DNA of 58,569 nt from Verrucomicrobiota bacterium (GTDB lineage: Bacteria > Verrucomicrobiota > Verrucomicrobiia > Verrucomicrobiales > DEV007). The stretch spans positions 1 to 58,569 of the forward strand of contig JASFYY010000146.1 of the NCBI GenBank assembly GCA_045046875.1. Reading direction: 5' to 3'. The position numbers were made by a program, and so were the translations under genes. Numbering within the stretch: position 1 is the first letter of the stretch; every line of letters begins with the position of its first letter. The notes under the pieces are model-generated. The model saw only the letters and a program-made list of their open reading frames with translations, had not been told where the DNA came from and searched no databases. Below, one piece after another: positions 19,049 to 29,047 of this stretch.

Positions 19049-20632
19049 ATGACTGCCAGTGATTCCCCCGCCCTTGAGCTCTGGCAAGTTAAGGAAATCG
19101 AATTTCACAGCAGTGCCGAATACCCGCATCCCTTCCGCGAAGTTGAGCTGAAAATAAACTTCACTTCACCCTCGGGAAAACTATCAAGCGTCAACGCCTT
19201 CTGGGATGGAGACGATACTTGGCGCGCCCGCTTCTCTCCCAATCAACCCGGCAAGTGGACTTGGAAATCTTCCTGCCACCCTGCCAGTGACACCGGTCTG
19301 CACAACAAAGCAGGAAGCTTCGAATGCCGTGACGGAGAAAAAAATACCGGCCTCCTATCCGGCCCGGTTAAAATATCCTCCACTCAAACCTATCTGGCCA
19401 AGCCCGACGACAGCCCCTTTTTCTGGCTGGCCGACACTGCGTGGAATGGCGTATTGCGGGCTAAGAACGATGACTGGAAACGTTATCTGCTCACGCGAAA
19501 AAAACAGGGTTTCACCGCAATACAGTTTGTCGGCACCCAGTGGCGCGGCGGCAGCAAAACCTTGCCCGCTCCCGTTTACCTGGGCGAAAAGGACATCTCG
19601 GTGAACACCGATTACCTGCAAGTCATGGATCAAAGGATTGCCGAAATCAATCGACAGGGACTGATCGCTGTACCCGTTCTGCTCTGGGCCTTAAACGCTA
19701 CCGATCCCGGACGCGCCCTGCCAGAAGTAGACGCCATTCGCCTGGCACGATATCTAGTTGCTCGTTGGGGTGCCTACAATGTAGTTTGGTTCCTTGGCGG
19801 TGACGGCCGCTATCAAAACGTCGAGCGCTGGAAGCACATCGGCCGCGAAGTTTTCACCGGAAGAAAAAACGACGACCCGATGAGGCGTCTGCGCACCCTG
19901 CACCCTTCGGGCGGCAATTGGGTTGTTCCCAATTTTGGCAGCGAAGCTTGGCTCGACTTCATCGGTTACCAATCCAGTCATGGTGATCACGCAAAGAGCC
20001 TGCAATGGTTAACCAGCGGACCAGTGGCTCAAAACTGGAATCGACAACCGCTCCGCCCGATCATCAATCTCGAACCCAATTATGAACTCATCCCGGGACC
20101 TCCCAGCATGATTCCCCACAGCCCACAGCATGTGCGACGCGCTGCCTATTGGTCGATGCTGGTCACCGCTCCCGCCGGAGTCAGCTATGGTCACCACGTC
20201 ATCTGGCCATGGAACAACCAGCTCGATGATATCGAAGGCCACGTTGCCGCCGGCAAAGCAGATGCTTGGTCCACCGGGCTGGAAACCGAAGGCATCAAAA
20301 ACATGAGCTTGCTGCGTCAATTTTTTGAAAGCGGTCCGTGGACACAACTTCGCCCCCTGCCCTCGCTTTTAGTCAATCAACCCGGACAGCAACAGCCGCA
20401 GGATTTTGTCGCCGCCGCCCAAACAAAAGACCAATCGTGGACAGTCCTCTATCTACCCGAAGGCGGAAACATTCAGCTCAAAAACGAACAACTGCCCAAA
20501 CAGTGGCAAGCCTACTGGACCAACCCTCGCAATGGAGAAAGCAAAACCATCGTAGAAACTGATCTGCATTTTACTAGCCCCGACCACCATGACTGGCTAT
20601 TGCAGATCAAAGTCACCAAAACGGCTCAATAA
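19049..20632 (+). CDS. DUF5060/DUF4038 apiosidase-like glycoside hydrolase
   Basis: FWDGDDTWRARFSP, PFFWLADTAW, YLVARWGA, NLEPNYE and GVSYG motifs; start uncertain (18941-19049). Confidence 0.8.
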   Translation: MTASDSPALELWQVKEIEFHSSAEYPHPFREVELKINFTSPSGKLSSVNAFWDGDDTWRARFSPNQPGKWTWKSSCHPASDTGLHNKAGSFECRDGEKNTGLLSGPVKISSTQTYLAKPDDSPFFWLADTAWNGVLRAKNDDWKRYLLTRKKQGFTAIQFVGTQWRGGSKTLPAPVYLGEKDISVNTDYLQVMDQRIAEINRQGLIAVPVLLWALNATDPGRALPEVDAIRLARYLVARWGAYNVVWFLGGDGRYQNVERWKHIGREVFTGRKNDDPMRRLRTLHPSGGNWVVPNFGSEAWLDFIGYQSSHGDHAKSLQWLTSGPVAQNWNRQPLRPIINLEPNYELIPGPPSMIPHSPQHVRRAAYWSMLVTAPAGVSYGHHVIWPWNNQLDDIEGHVAAGKADAWSTGLETEGIKNMSLLRQFFESGPWTQLRPLPSLLVNQPGQQQPQDFVAAAQTKDQSWTVLYLPEGGNIQLKNEQLPKQWQAYWTNPRNGESKTIVETDLHFTSPDHHDWLLQIKVTKTAQ

Positions 20633-20732
20633 AGGTGGGTGAGCGAATGAGCTTACCTGCCCACTGCCAAGCGAAAAATATGGCATCCCGGGTGAACAGG
20701 TCTAAACTTCCAACACTTTAAGTCTATAAATC

Positions 20733-21644
20733 ATGAAACACCTTCTTAATTCCCTTTTCTGTCTTTGTTTGCTGGCCACCACTTTACCGGCCTTCGCCAA
20801 AACCACTAAAGCCAATTACCCGGGCGCCACTGCCGAGATTTATAAACACGCCTCCGGCGATGATCTCTACCTCTACATTTTTAATCCTCAAGGCCACGAC
20901 CCGGCTAAAGACCAACGCGCCGCCGTCGTCTTTTTCTTTGGCGGTGGATGGAACGGAGGCAGCACCGGGCAATTCAAGCAACACGCCGCTTATCTCGCCT
21001 CACGCGGCATGGTCGCCATCCTTGCCGATTACCGCGTCGCCAGCCGGCAGAAAACCACCCCTAGGGAATGTGTCGCCGACGGAAAATCGGCACTGCGCTG
21101 GGTGCGTGAACATGCCACCCGACTCGGCATCGACCCGAAACGAATTGCAGCCGGAGGAGGATCGGCAGGCGGACACGTCGCCGCTGCCACGGGCATCGTC
21201 AAAGGACTCGATGATGACGCCGGTGACTCGACGATCAGTTCAAAAGCCAATGCCCTGGCACTCTACAATCCAGTCTATGACAACGGACCACAAGGATACG
21301 GCAACAGTCGGGTCAAGGACTACTGGAAGGAAATATCTCCGCTGCACAATCTCGATAAAAACTCTCCACCAACCATTGTTTTTCTCGGTACCAAGGACAA
21401 CCTGATCCCGGTAGCCACCGCAGAAAAATTCAAATCCAAAATGCAAGAGCTTGGCATCAAATCCGAACTACATCTCTACCAGGATCAACCCCACGGCTTT
21501 TTTAACGAAGGCAAAGGCGGCAGTGAGATCTTCCTCGATACCCTGCGTAAAACCGACGCCTTTTTTGTATCCATCGGTTATCTGGAAGGCAAACCCACCG
21601 AGCAACAGCTCGCTGCGGCCTCCCATCGCAAAAAGAAAAAATGA
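20733..21644 (+). CDS. secreted alpha/beta hydrolase (carbohydrate esterase/BD-FAE-like)
   Basis: FFGGGW, GGSAGGH nucleophile motif, D in GTKD, HGFF; signal peptide. Confidence 0.9.
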   Translation: MKHLLNSLFCLCLLATTLPAFAKTTKANYPGATAEIYKHASGDDLYLYIFNPQGHDPAKDQRAAVVFFFGGGWNGGSTGQFKQHAAYLASRGMVAILADYRVASRQKTTPRECVADGKSALRWVREHATRLGIDPKRIAAGGGSAGGHVAAATGIVKGLDDDAGDSTISSKANALALYNPVYDNGPQGYGNSRVKDYWKEISPLHNLDKNSPPTIVFLGTKDNLIPVATAEKFKSKMQELGIKSELHLYQDQPHGFFNEGKGGSEIFLDTLRKTDAFFVSIGYLEGKPTEQQLAAASHRKKKK

Positions 21645-21987
21645 AGCTCCGCCTGAGCAAATCGCCATCCATCTCGCTTTTCGTGCTGGCGGCTAGGCTG
21701 GAAGTCTTATTCTTTTGTATTTTGTAGCTTCAATTTCCAGCTTCGGGCGAACATTTTCAAGCACCTCAAAGGGAATATCAGTTCAAGTTTTTTGCTTCCG
21801 CTGATATGACTATTGAAATAGTATGAGCCCTCAAGGCTGCACCGGTGGCACACAAAAACCCCTTAATTTCTAGTTTTATTTAAAAAACATTATTTTTTAA
21901 TTGCTTTTATTCCACCAACTGCTTAAAAAGTTAACAACTCATTGCCTTATAAACACAAAGCTTTAGTAGCAATTGATATTTGTTTGC

Positions 21988-22257
21988 ATGTTTAAACTAC
22001 TATTTACTCTTGTAGCCATAACTACCATAATTTCGATGGCCTTCATCGGAAAATTGGGAATGCAGCATGGGGATAACGCCTCTCTCCAACCTGCACCAAT
22101 AATGGTCAGTTCCACTGGAGCTATTTCTTTTCCTGGCCGCATCCCTGCACCTGAAGTGGTTTATCAGCTGCGACAGGCAGCCCAAGCTAATGATGCTGCA
22201 ACGCTGAACGCCTTGCTTGTCGAGCACCGACTCTTTTTAGCTTCTACTCCTAAATAA
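21988..22257 (+). CDS. small hypothetical membrane or secreted protein
   Basis: ATG followed by a hydrophobic N-terminus; AT-rich upstream region; no recognisable domain. Confidence 0.4.
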   Translation: MFKLLFTLVAITTIISMAFIGKLGMQHGDNASLQPAPIMVSSTGAISFPGRIPAPEVVYQLRQAAQANDAATLNALLVEHRLFLASTPK

Positions 22258-22376
22258 ATCAACTGTAACGGTTTAGCTGATTTCAGGGCTTGTCGACAAC
22301 TCTGTATACGATCTGAAACGCGGCGCGATTTTTGATGCACAAGACAAGGAGCGTTACTGATAGCGGGGGGCACCCA

Positions 22377-22428
22377 CCCTGCCCTCTTGCCCGCCGTAGC
22401 CTCGGCGAGTGAAGTTTCGTTACCGAAC
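22377..22428. repeat. dispersed repeat A, also at 43884-43936; related motif at 47425-47461
   Basis: 19 identical nt ccctgccctcttgcccgcc followed by a degenerate match to ttaccgaac. Confidence 0.8.
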
Positions 22429-22465
22429 TTGGATTGAAAGGGATCAAAAAATGACTTATTGTTAT

Positions 22466-22891
22466 TTATCTGAATTGGCAAAATTCAATTAATCTTTTTT
22501 TTCTTAATCTTTGATTGTTGAGTGAAAATAAATCGGTGACATGAAGTTCTGGAACTGAGGATTGAGCCCCAGCTAAAGAAAAATCACATTGCTTGCTTAA
22601 ATAGGCAATAAATTCATCGGGACTATCAAAATCGATAATGACAAAAGCATAGTCGATGCAACCATCTTGAACAGAAACAATGCCGTATTTTTCGCTTTTA
22701 TATACCAAGCCATGTCCACAGTAATCAGGATGAGCATAAATAAAGCTGCTTGCCATTTTTAAGCTCTTTAGCTACAGCTGTCGCAAGTTCCACACCAATT
22801 TTATCATGGCTTAACCACTTGATCATTTCAGGAGTTGACCATTTTGGAGGTTGACCTCTAAAGGAATATTTCAGTTTTTAAAAATACCCAT
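22466..22891 (-). pseudogene. AT-rich frameshifted hypothetical gene
   Basis: MGIFK/LKYSFRGQPPKW..ELKNGKQL/IYAHPDYCGHGL.. reads continuously only across two frame changes. Confidence 0.5.
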
Positions 22892-22964
22892 TTCCAAAAG
22901 TGTTTATTGTAATTGTTAAGTAGATGCCCAGCACCCGTGAGAGTGATTCGTAATCCAGCTTAAA

Positions 22965-24476
22965 TCACTCGCTCTTAGGGGGCAAAGCTGCCCGCCAGCC
23001 TGAGCTTAGTTTTTCCGTCAGCTTTTTTACCAGCTCTGCGTTTTCCGGCAAGTTGGCGATGTTAACGTTCTCCTGAGGATCAGTTTTGTGATCGTAAAGT
23101 TCCAGCCCTCCGACCATCTCAGGTTTTCCTGCTTTGGTCCAACGAGTGAAGCGGTAGCGGTCGGTGCGAATTGAGCGTCCCATGTGGGATTGATTGGGGT
23201 ATTGGCTGAAGGCCGCGCTCTTCCATTCTTGAGTAGGCTTGTCGAGCAAGGGAGCAAAACTGGTTCCTTCAAGGAAATCAGGTAGCGGCAGGTCGGCGAG
23301 TTCACACAGCGTCGGATAAATATCGACAAACTCCACCAGAGCCGGGGTTTTCCGGCCAGCGGCTTTCATCCGGGGATCACTCACAATGAGGGGTGCGTGG
23401 GCTGAGAGCTCGAAGTTGGTGGCTTTGCCCCAAATGTGATTTTCTCCGAGATGCCAGCCGTGGTCACCCCAAAGAACAACGATCGTACTATCACGGAGCC
23501 CCAGGCGATCAAGTTCGTCTAGAACACGGCCGACCTGGGCATCGACATAGGTGACACATGCAGCGTAACCACGAGTGAGTTCGAGAACAAGTTCATCGGA
23601 AGGTTCCCCCTTGCCTGGAAAATCTGTGTAAGTCCGGGGGTGCCCCCAATTAGTAGATGCAAATTTCGGGGCATCTTTAGGAGCTTTACGGTTCGTCGCC
23701 ACCCGGACCTTTTCCGGTGGATACATATCCCAGTATTTTTTTGGTGCAATGAAAGGCAGATGTGGTTTGAGAAATCCCAGAGCGAGGAAAAAGGATTCGT
23801 CCTTGAGCTTGCGGAGAGCGGCAATGCCTTGGAGCGCAATTTGCCCGTCCTGCAGAACATCATCATCTACATCCGGGGCTTCGTGGGACAGGCCGAGCAC
23901 AAAGTGATTTACCCAGTCATCGATTTTGTCACCTTTGGCTTTTGTTTTTCTGGCAAAGACTCCACGGGCAACCCGAACGCCCTCTTCGGAATAATAATAA
24001 CGCGGTTCGTTTAACCAGGCAGGATCAGACCATGACTTGGGATCGTTCCATTTATTACGCACAGCGAAAGCTCCGTGATAAAGTTTACCAAAAGCCTGGG
24101 AACGATAACCGTGATTTTTAAATTGTTCGGGAAGGGTGACGACGTCAGTCAGGTGATCGCGAAAATGTTTGTGGCGGGATCCGTTCGACCAGATCTCGGT
24201 GCTGTCCGGCCGAAGGCCGGTGAGCAGAGAAGCCCGACTGGCACGACAGACCGCCGCCTGGCAATAAGCGCGTTCGAATACCATGCCGCGGGCAGCCAGT
24301 GCGTCAATGTTCGGCGTGATCATCTCGCTGTGCCCGTAGCAGTTGAGTTGCGGACGTAGATCATCGGCGGCTATGAAAAGCACGTTGAGTTTTCTTGTTG
24401 TGTCGGCGGCGTGAAGATTGCTAAACGAGGTGAGCAAAAGAAAAACGATGAGTTGAATGGGGGAGGCGGTTCTCAT
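22965..24476 (-). CDS. sulfatase (iduronate-2-sulfatase/choline-sulfatase-like)
   Basis: DDLRP, CRASRASLLTG (CxAxR), KPHLPF and GDHGWHLGE motifs; signal peptide. Confidence 0.93.
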   Translation of the reverse strand: MRTASPIQLIVFLLLTSFSNLHAADTTRKLNVLFIAADDLRPQLNCYGHSEMITPNIDALAARGMVFERAYCQAAVCRASRASLLTGLRPDSTEIWSNGSRHKHFRDHLTDVVTLPEQFKNHGYRSQAFGKLYHGAFAVRNKWNDPKSWSDPAWLNEPRYYYSEEGVRVARGVFARKTKAKGDKIDDWVNHFVLGLSHEAPDVDDDVLQDGQIALQGIAALRKLKDESFFLALGFLKPHLPFIAPKKYWDMYPPEKVRVATNRKAPKDAPKFASTNWGHPRTYTDFPGKGEPSDELVLELTRGYAACVTYVDAQVGRVLDELDRLGLRDSTIVVLWGDHGWHLGENHIWGKATNFELSAHAPLIVSDPRMKAAGRKTPALVEFVDIYPTLCELADLPLPDFLEGTSFAPLLDKPTQEWKSAAFSQYPNQSHMGRSIRTDRYRFTRWTKAGKPEMVGGLELYDHKTDPQENVNIANLPENAELVKKLTEKLSSGWRAALPPKSE

Positions 24477-24664
24477 GATTGTTGTAAAATGGAAGCGGGC
24501 GGATTAGAAATCCAAAACATAAGAGTCAAGAATCGCAGCGTCAATGCCTGGAAATCGTCCTGTAATATGCTGTGAATGCTGACAGCTTCAAAAATGGAAG
24601 CAAATTGGGACAGAATGATTTGCAGCTTTGCTGAAGAAAGTGAAAACAGGCTTGTCCTAAATAG

Positions 24665-24704
24665 AATTAGCCCCATGCCTTCAGCGGAAGGCATGGGGCT
24701 AATT
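24665..24704. terminator. perfect 18 bp hairpin downstream of DUF1501, probable terminator
   Basis: aattagccccatgccttc-agcg-gaaggcatggggctaatt; weak U tail. Confidence 0.7.
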
Positions 24705-24761
24705 AGATGCTGTATTTTGAAAAAGAGGAGGGTAATTCAACCTGCCTTTTGATATTTTTCA

Positions 24762-26027
24762 TCAGGCAATGATGTCCACTTGCGGGAATTTTTTGCTCAA
24801 TATTTTCTCAGCAGGTATTTTCAACCATTTCTCCAGGATGCCGGCATAAACATTGCGGAAATCCACTGAGGATTTCAGATTGCCGGTTTTGTCAAGGTCG
24901 GTGAGGCTCGGTTGCGTGCCATGGACGCCGGCCTTTACGCCGGGCCCCATGATAAACATCGGTTGAGCCTGGCCGTGATCGGTCCCTCCGCTGTAGTTCT
25001 CTGCGGCGCGGCGACCGAACTCACTGTAAGTGTATGTTAGTACTCGATCCGCATTTCCTCCGCGGGCGAGGTCTTCGTAAAAAGCCCCCACGGTGTTGTC
25101 GAGTTCGTCCAGCAACTGTGAAAGTCGGCGTGGTTGGTCGGCGTGAGTATCGTAACCACCAAAAACGGCTATTCCCTGCGCAGCATAAAAGGCGCGTGCA
25201 TCGAGTCCGCCATTGATAAAAGCGGCAATGGTCTTCACCGAGTTGCCGAATTGAGTGTCCGGATACTCAATCGGTGTTTTATAGTTGCTGGCCAATTCGC
25301 CAAGCTTTCCACTGGCGGAGTTTGCATTGACTGCCGTTTGAGTGACAAACTGGAGATCCATCTTGGGATCCTTTTTCATTCCCTTCTGCATCTGGTTAAG
25401 CTTGGCATAGAGCATCTTCTCGCGATCATTATGGCTGCCGTTGAAGCGAAATGAGTCAGGGTTCACAAAGCCTATGCCGGGATGTTCCATCCCAGTGAGT
25501 CCCAATGGTAGACCACCGGGACCAACGGCGATATTTCGCGTTGGGGAGGTGTCTTTGCAGGAGTAATCCACAAAACGTCCCAACCAGCCAGTGGCGCCCG
25601 GTTTACCGGTTCGAACGCCTTTTTCACCTGCTTCCCAGACCTCACGCCCCCTGAAATGACTGAGGTTAAAACCCGGATAACCAGTTCCAAGTACCACGGC
25701 GAGTGAGCCCTCGTCATGCATTTTTTTGAAGCGTTTCAGGCTCGGGTGCAAACCTACTTCGTCGTTGAGTTTGAGCACATCCTTGGCCGGAATACCCAAT
25801 ACCTTGCGCAACTTGTAATACTCATCGTTTGCATAAGGTGGCACGACTGCCAAACCATCGGGGCCACCAGTCAGGAGCAGGGATACAACGATGCGATCGT
25901 CCGAACCAACTGGTGGTCCAGCCATGGCCGTGCGCAGGACGAAATTCGGCAGAGTAGCGCCGACTCCTACGATTCCTAAACCGCGATTCAAAAACTCACG
26001 CCGAGTTGCAATATTGGGGATTTTCAT
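24762..26027 (-). CDS. DUF1501 family protein, partner of DUF1800
   Basis: TRREFL Tat-like signal; GGPDGL, SHF, YDTH and SEFGRR..GTDHG motifs. Confidence 0.9.
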   Translation of the reverse strand: MKIPNIATRREFLNRGLGIVGVGATLPNFVLRTAMAGPPVGSDDRIVVSLLLTGGPDGLAVVPPYANDEYYKLRKVLGIPAKDVLKLNDEVGLHPSLKRFKKMHDEGSLAVVLGTGYPGFNLSHFRGREVWEAGEKGVRTGKPGATGWLGRFVDYSCKDTSPTRNIAVGPGGLPLGLTGMEHPGIGFVNPDSFRFNGSHNDREKMLYAKLNQMQKGMKKDPKMDLQFVTQTAVNANSASGKLGELASNYKTPIEYPDTQFGNSVKTIAAFINGGLDARAFYAAQGIAVFGGYDTHADQPRRLSQLLDELDNTVGAFYEDLARGGNADRVLTYTYSEFGRRAAENYSGGTDHGQAQPMFIMGPGVKAGVHGTQPSLTDLDKTGNLKSSVDFRNVYAGILEKWLKIPAEKILSKKFPQVDIIA

Positions 26028-26071
26028 AATGGATTATTTTTTCGGTTTGGTGAAGTAGGTTTCTCGTCGGG

Positions 26072-28444
26072 TTATGAAATCTGGTGCTCCGGCACACATA
26101 GCATCAGCATTAACATTGAGCGGAGTTTCTGGTTAACTTTATTACGCTTCTTTGACCATTCTCCACAGGGTGGCAATTTGCCAAGATGAGTGATCAAGCT
26201 TTTGCGTTTTTCTGCATCCAGAGGCAAGGTCAAAAAAGACTTGGCCAGATAGTCCACCGCTTCGGATGCGTTTTTACAACCCCCACCCTGAAGCAGCGCC
26301 ACTACGTCGACCCCCTCTTTGCCAACTGCGTCGATCAAGCTCGCGACCGCATTGTAACGGACAAACATTCGCTGTGAGCTGATCCACGGACGACCGTAAC
26401 GCCAGCCTTTCACATCTGGCGGTTCCAACAGTTGCATGCCCATTTCCTGCAGCGCCGTGTCGAGCGCTTCGTAGTTGGTGAGCGGTTGTTCCACAACGAT
26501 GCGCATACCGTCTGATTTTGGCAAGGGGGTTCCGATTAACTGAGGGCTGGAGAGTGGTTTTGCTCCCAGATCCCGTAGCAATCCTACCATCAGTTCTACC
26601 GGACTTTTGATCTGCTTGCCCATGGCGCGGCTACTGTAAAATTCCTCTGAGAGAAAAAGGTTTTTCAGCATGGGTTCCAATGCATACTTACGCTCTCTGA
26701 GCACAGCGGCTAGTCTTTCAGTCGTGGTTTTGCTCGGATCTTCATAGGCGAAATATTCCCACAGCTTATGAGAAATGAAGCGTGCGGTTTCCGGTTTCTC
26801 CAAAATCAACCTCACCAGATCGTCACCTGTCCACGGCCCCTTTTTGCCAAAAATGGTTTTATCAGTGGTATCATGTTGGTTGTAGAGAAAGCGGTAGGTA
26901 CCGGTGGCATTGTCATAATTGTAACCGGTCAGCGCACGGGCAGCCTCGACGATATCTTTCTGTGTGTATCCCTGATCAACTCCCATCGAAAACAGTTCCA
27001 TGATTTCACGGGCTAGGTTCTCGTTGGGCTTGCCTTTGGCGTTCTTGTTATTGTCCAGATAGCGGATCATTGCCGGGTCATGGACAATGCCGTAGAGCAA
27101 GGCACCAAAATTCCCTGCGGCCTGTTTGCGGAAGAACTGGTTTTGACCAAGCATGGTGTAGCTGTTCTGTACCACACTGTCCTGACTGGCAAAGTGGCCG
27201 TGCCAGAAGAGTGCCAGTTTTTCCTGTAGCGGACGATTGGATTCAACCATGCGCTGCAGCCACCAGCGGCGGATCTGGGTACGCTGATTGGCTTCCACGG
27301 ATCGGGGATCCAGTCCAACCGCGCGGTTACCTGTGCCACGAATTCTCATCTTACCTTTCAGTGGATCAACCATGAGTTTAGGGGTAAGATCAAGTGAAGG
27401 CCCATTCGAAGGTTGACGGTAGTACTCCACCAAATAATCAACCGCCTTGTAAAGTCCCATGGCACGGAGCTTCTCAACTTCCTGGGGAGTGCCTCCAAAC
27501 CCAGCTCTTACCAGCAGATGGCGCGCCTTGGCGTAGTCCCATTTATTCGGAGCCAAAGGCTTCAAGCCACCCATCGCGGCAACGCGCAGGGGGTAAACTT
27601 TGGCAGCTGCGCCGTCAATCGCCTTTATCGCATTGGCAACAATCTTGTCAGCATCAGCCTTTTGTTTCTCCTGTTGCTTGATGAATTGCTGCAATTGTTT
27701 TTTGTGTGCCGGATCACTGTCCACGGCGGCAATTTTTTTTGCAATCCGAGCAGCCTCACCACTCTGTTCGACGAGTTCCTCAGCCGTGTCTTTGCGGATG
27801 GCCGCCCACTCGCGAATTTCCATTTCCCTGATCGCCTCCAAGGCATAGATTTGTCTTTGCAGAGCATCGGCAATCTTAGCCTGGGCCTTTGCTTCTTTCT
27901 CCTTATTCTCCTGCAGTGTCAGATCGACAGTGCCTTTTGCTGAAATTTTCGCGTTGTTCTCTAAAAGCCTCAGTTCAACCATACGGGTTGCCGCCATTTT
28001 GTCGCGAAGATCGATCTCCGAGCCAAACAACTCATTCGATTTTTCATTTGCTGTAATCGTATCAGCGATCAAACGCCCCGCCGTATCCCACCTCGTTTTC
28101 TCACGATCTTTCTCCGCCTTTCGCAATATGGCCAAACGGGTTTCGGGTTGCTTTTCGGCAATGGCCTGCTTGAGAGCCTTCTTCACTATTTGCCATTTTT
28201 GCAGATCATCCTCGGCACGATTCCGTTCTGAACGCGCAATTTCACGCGTTGCGGAACGAGCCATCTCACGCGATCGCTCTACTTCCTTGGTAGATTTTTC
28301 CACTTTTTGGGCTTTCCCGAGAATCGGATCGATTTTTTTCTCTGTTTTTTTCTTCGGTGCAGCCCCCTGTGCCAGACTGGCAGTAAAAAGGCCAAGTGAA
28401 ATCATGGCGAGTATCCACGAATAGTGTTTTGTTCGTTTTTTCAT
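26072..28444 (-). CDS. DUF1800 family protein with long N-terminal coiled coil
   Basis: HLLVRAGFG, LFWHGHFA, YLDN..PNENLAREIMELFSMG and PPDVKGW motifs. Confidence 0.9.
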   Translation of the reverse strand: MKKRTKHYSWILAMISLGLFTASLAQGAAPKKKTEKKIDPILGKAQKVEKSTKEVERSREMARSATREIARSERNRAEDDLQKWQIVKKALKQAIAEKQPETRLAILRKAEKDREKTRWDTAGRLIADTITANEKSNELFGSEIDLRDKMAATRMVELRLLENNAKISAKGTVDLTLQENKEKEAKAQAKIADALQRQIYALEAIREMEIREWAAIRKDTAEELVEQSGEAARIAKKIAAVDSDPAHKKQLQQFIKQQEKQKADADKIVANAIKAIDGAAAKVYPLRVAAMGGLKPLAPNKWDYAKARHLLVRAGFGGTPQEVEKLRAMGLYKAVDYLVEYYRQPSNGPSLDLTPKLMVDPLKGKMRIRGTGNRAVGLDPRSVEANQRTQIRRWWLQRMVESNRPLQEKLALFWHGHFASQDSVVQNSYTMLGQNQFFRKQAAGNFGALLYGIVHDPAMIRYLDNNKNAKGKPNENLAREIMELFSMGVDQGYTQKDIVEAARALTGYNYDNATGTYRFLYNQHDTTDKTIFGKKGPWTGDDLVRLILEKPETARFISHKLWEYFAYEDPSKTTTERLAAVLRERKYALEPMLKNLFLSEEFYSSRAMGKQIKSPVELMVGLLRDLGAKPLSSPQLIGTPLPKSDGMRIVVEQPLTNYEALDTALQEMGMQLLEPPDVKGWRYGRPWISSQRMFVRYNAVASLIDAVGKEGVDVVALLQGGGCKNASEAVDYLAKSFLTLPLDAEKRKSLITHLGKLPPCGEWSKKRNKVNQKLRSMLMLMLCVPEHQIS

Positions 28445-29047
28445 ATTCTTCGATCGGTTTTTTTCCTTGCCCTGTTATCAGGGGGCTGGGGGGGGGAAGA
28501 GGAAAGCATGGGGGTAAACGGCTATTTTTAAATCAGCCCTGTCGTAGACCGATGCGTTCTTAATGAGATATCTTACTGGGAAGATCCGCCATTCTCGTTT
28601 TAGGCGAGGAAACTTCTGCTCCAATTATTAGAAAGTTTCCACTTGGGGTTAAACCAGATTAATGGCTCTAATATATCCCACCACTTGGATATTGTGATTT
28701 TCTCTGCTTAAATTGCCCTACTCCCTGTGTCGGATCTAAAATAGAATCCGTGAGAAATTCTAACCATACCTCGCTTAAATTAACCCTGTAGATTTACCAG
28801 AGTAGTGAGACACATGAACGGCGGGGACGATAGATGAAAAGCATAATAACTGTTACCAAAAATAATTATCCTTAAAAGAAACCCTCTCAAAAGAAAGTGA
28901 TCATTTTAAGAATAACAAAGGCAAAAATGATACTTTCCTCGCTACTTTACGCAAGACAGATGCAATTCTGGTGAAAATCGGCTACCTTGAAGGCACTCTA
29001 AACAGGAACAGCTCTCAACTGCTTCCCCGCGAAAGATTAAGAAAAAA

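Noticed and set aside
20681..20697. Sigma54 promoter at TGGCAT
   Set aside because: No TTGC at the -12 position in any of the three copies
22933..22946. cacccgtgagagtga as another PSD1-end scar
   Set aside because: Too short and gapped to exclude chance
28481..28496. G tract upstream of DUF1800 as a phase-variation site
   Set aside because: Only 9 consecutive G and no identifiable promoter around it
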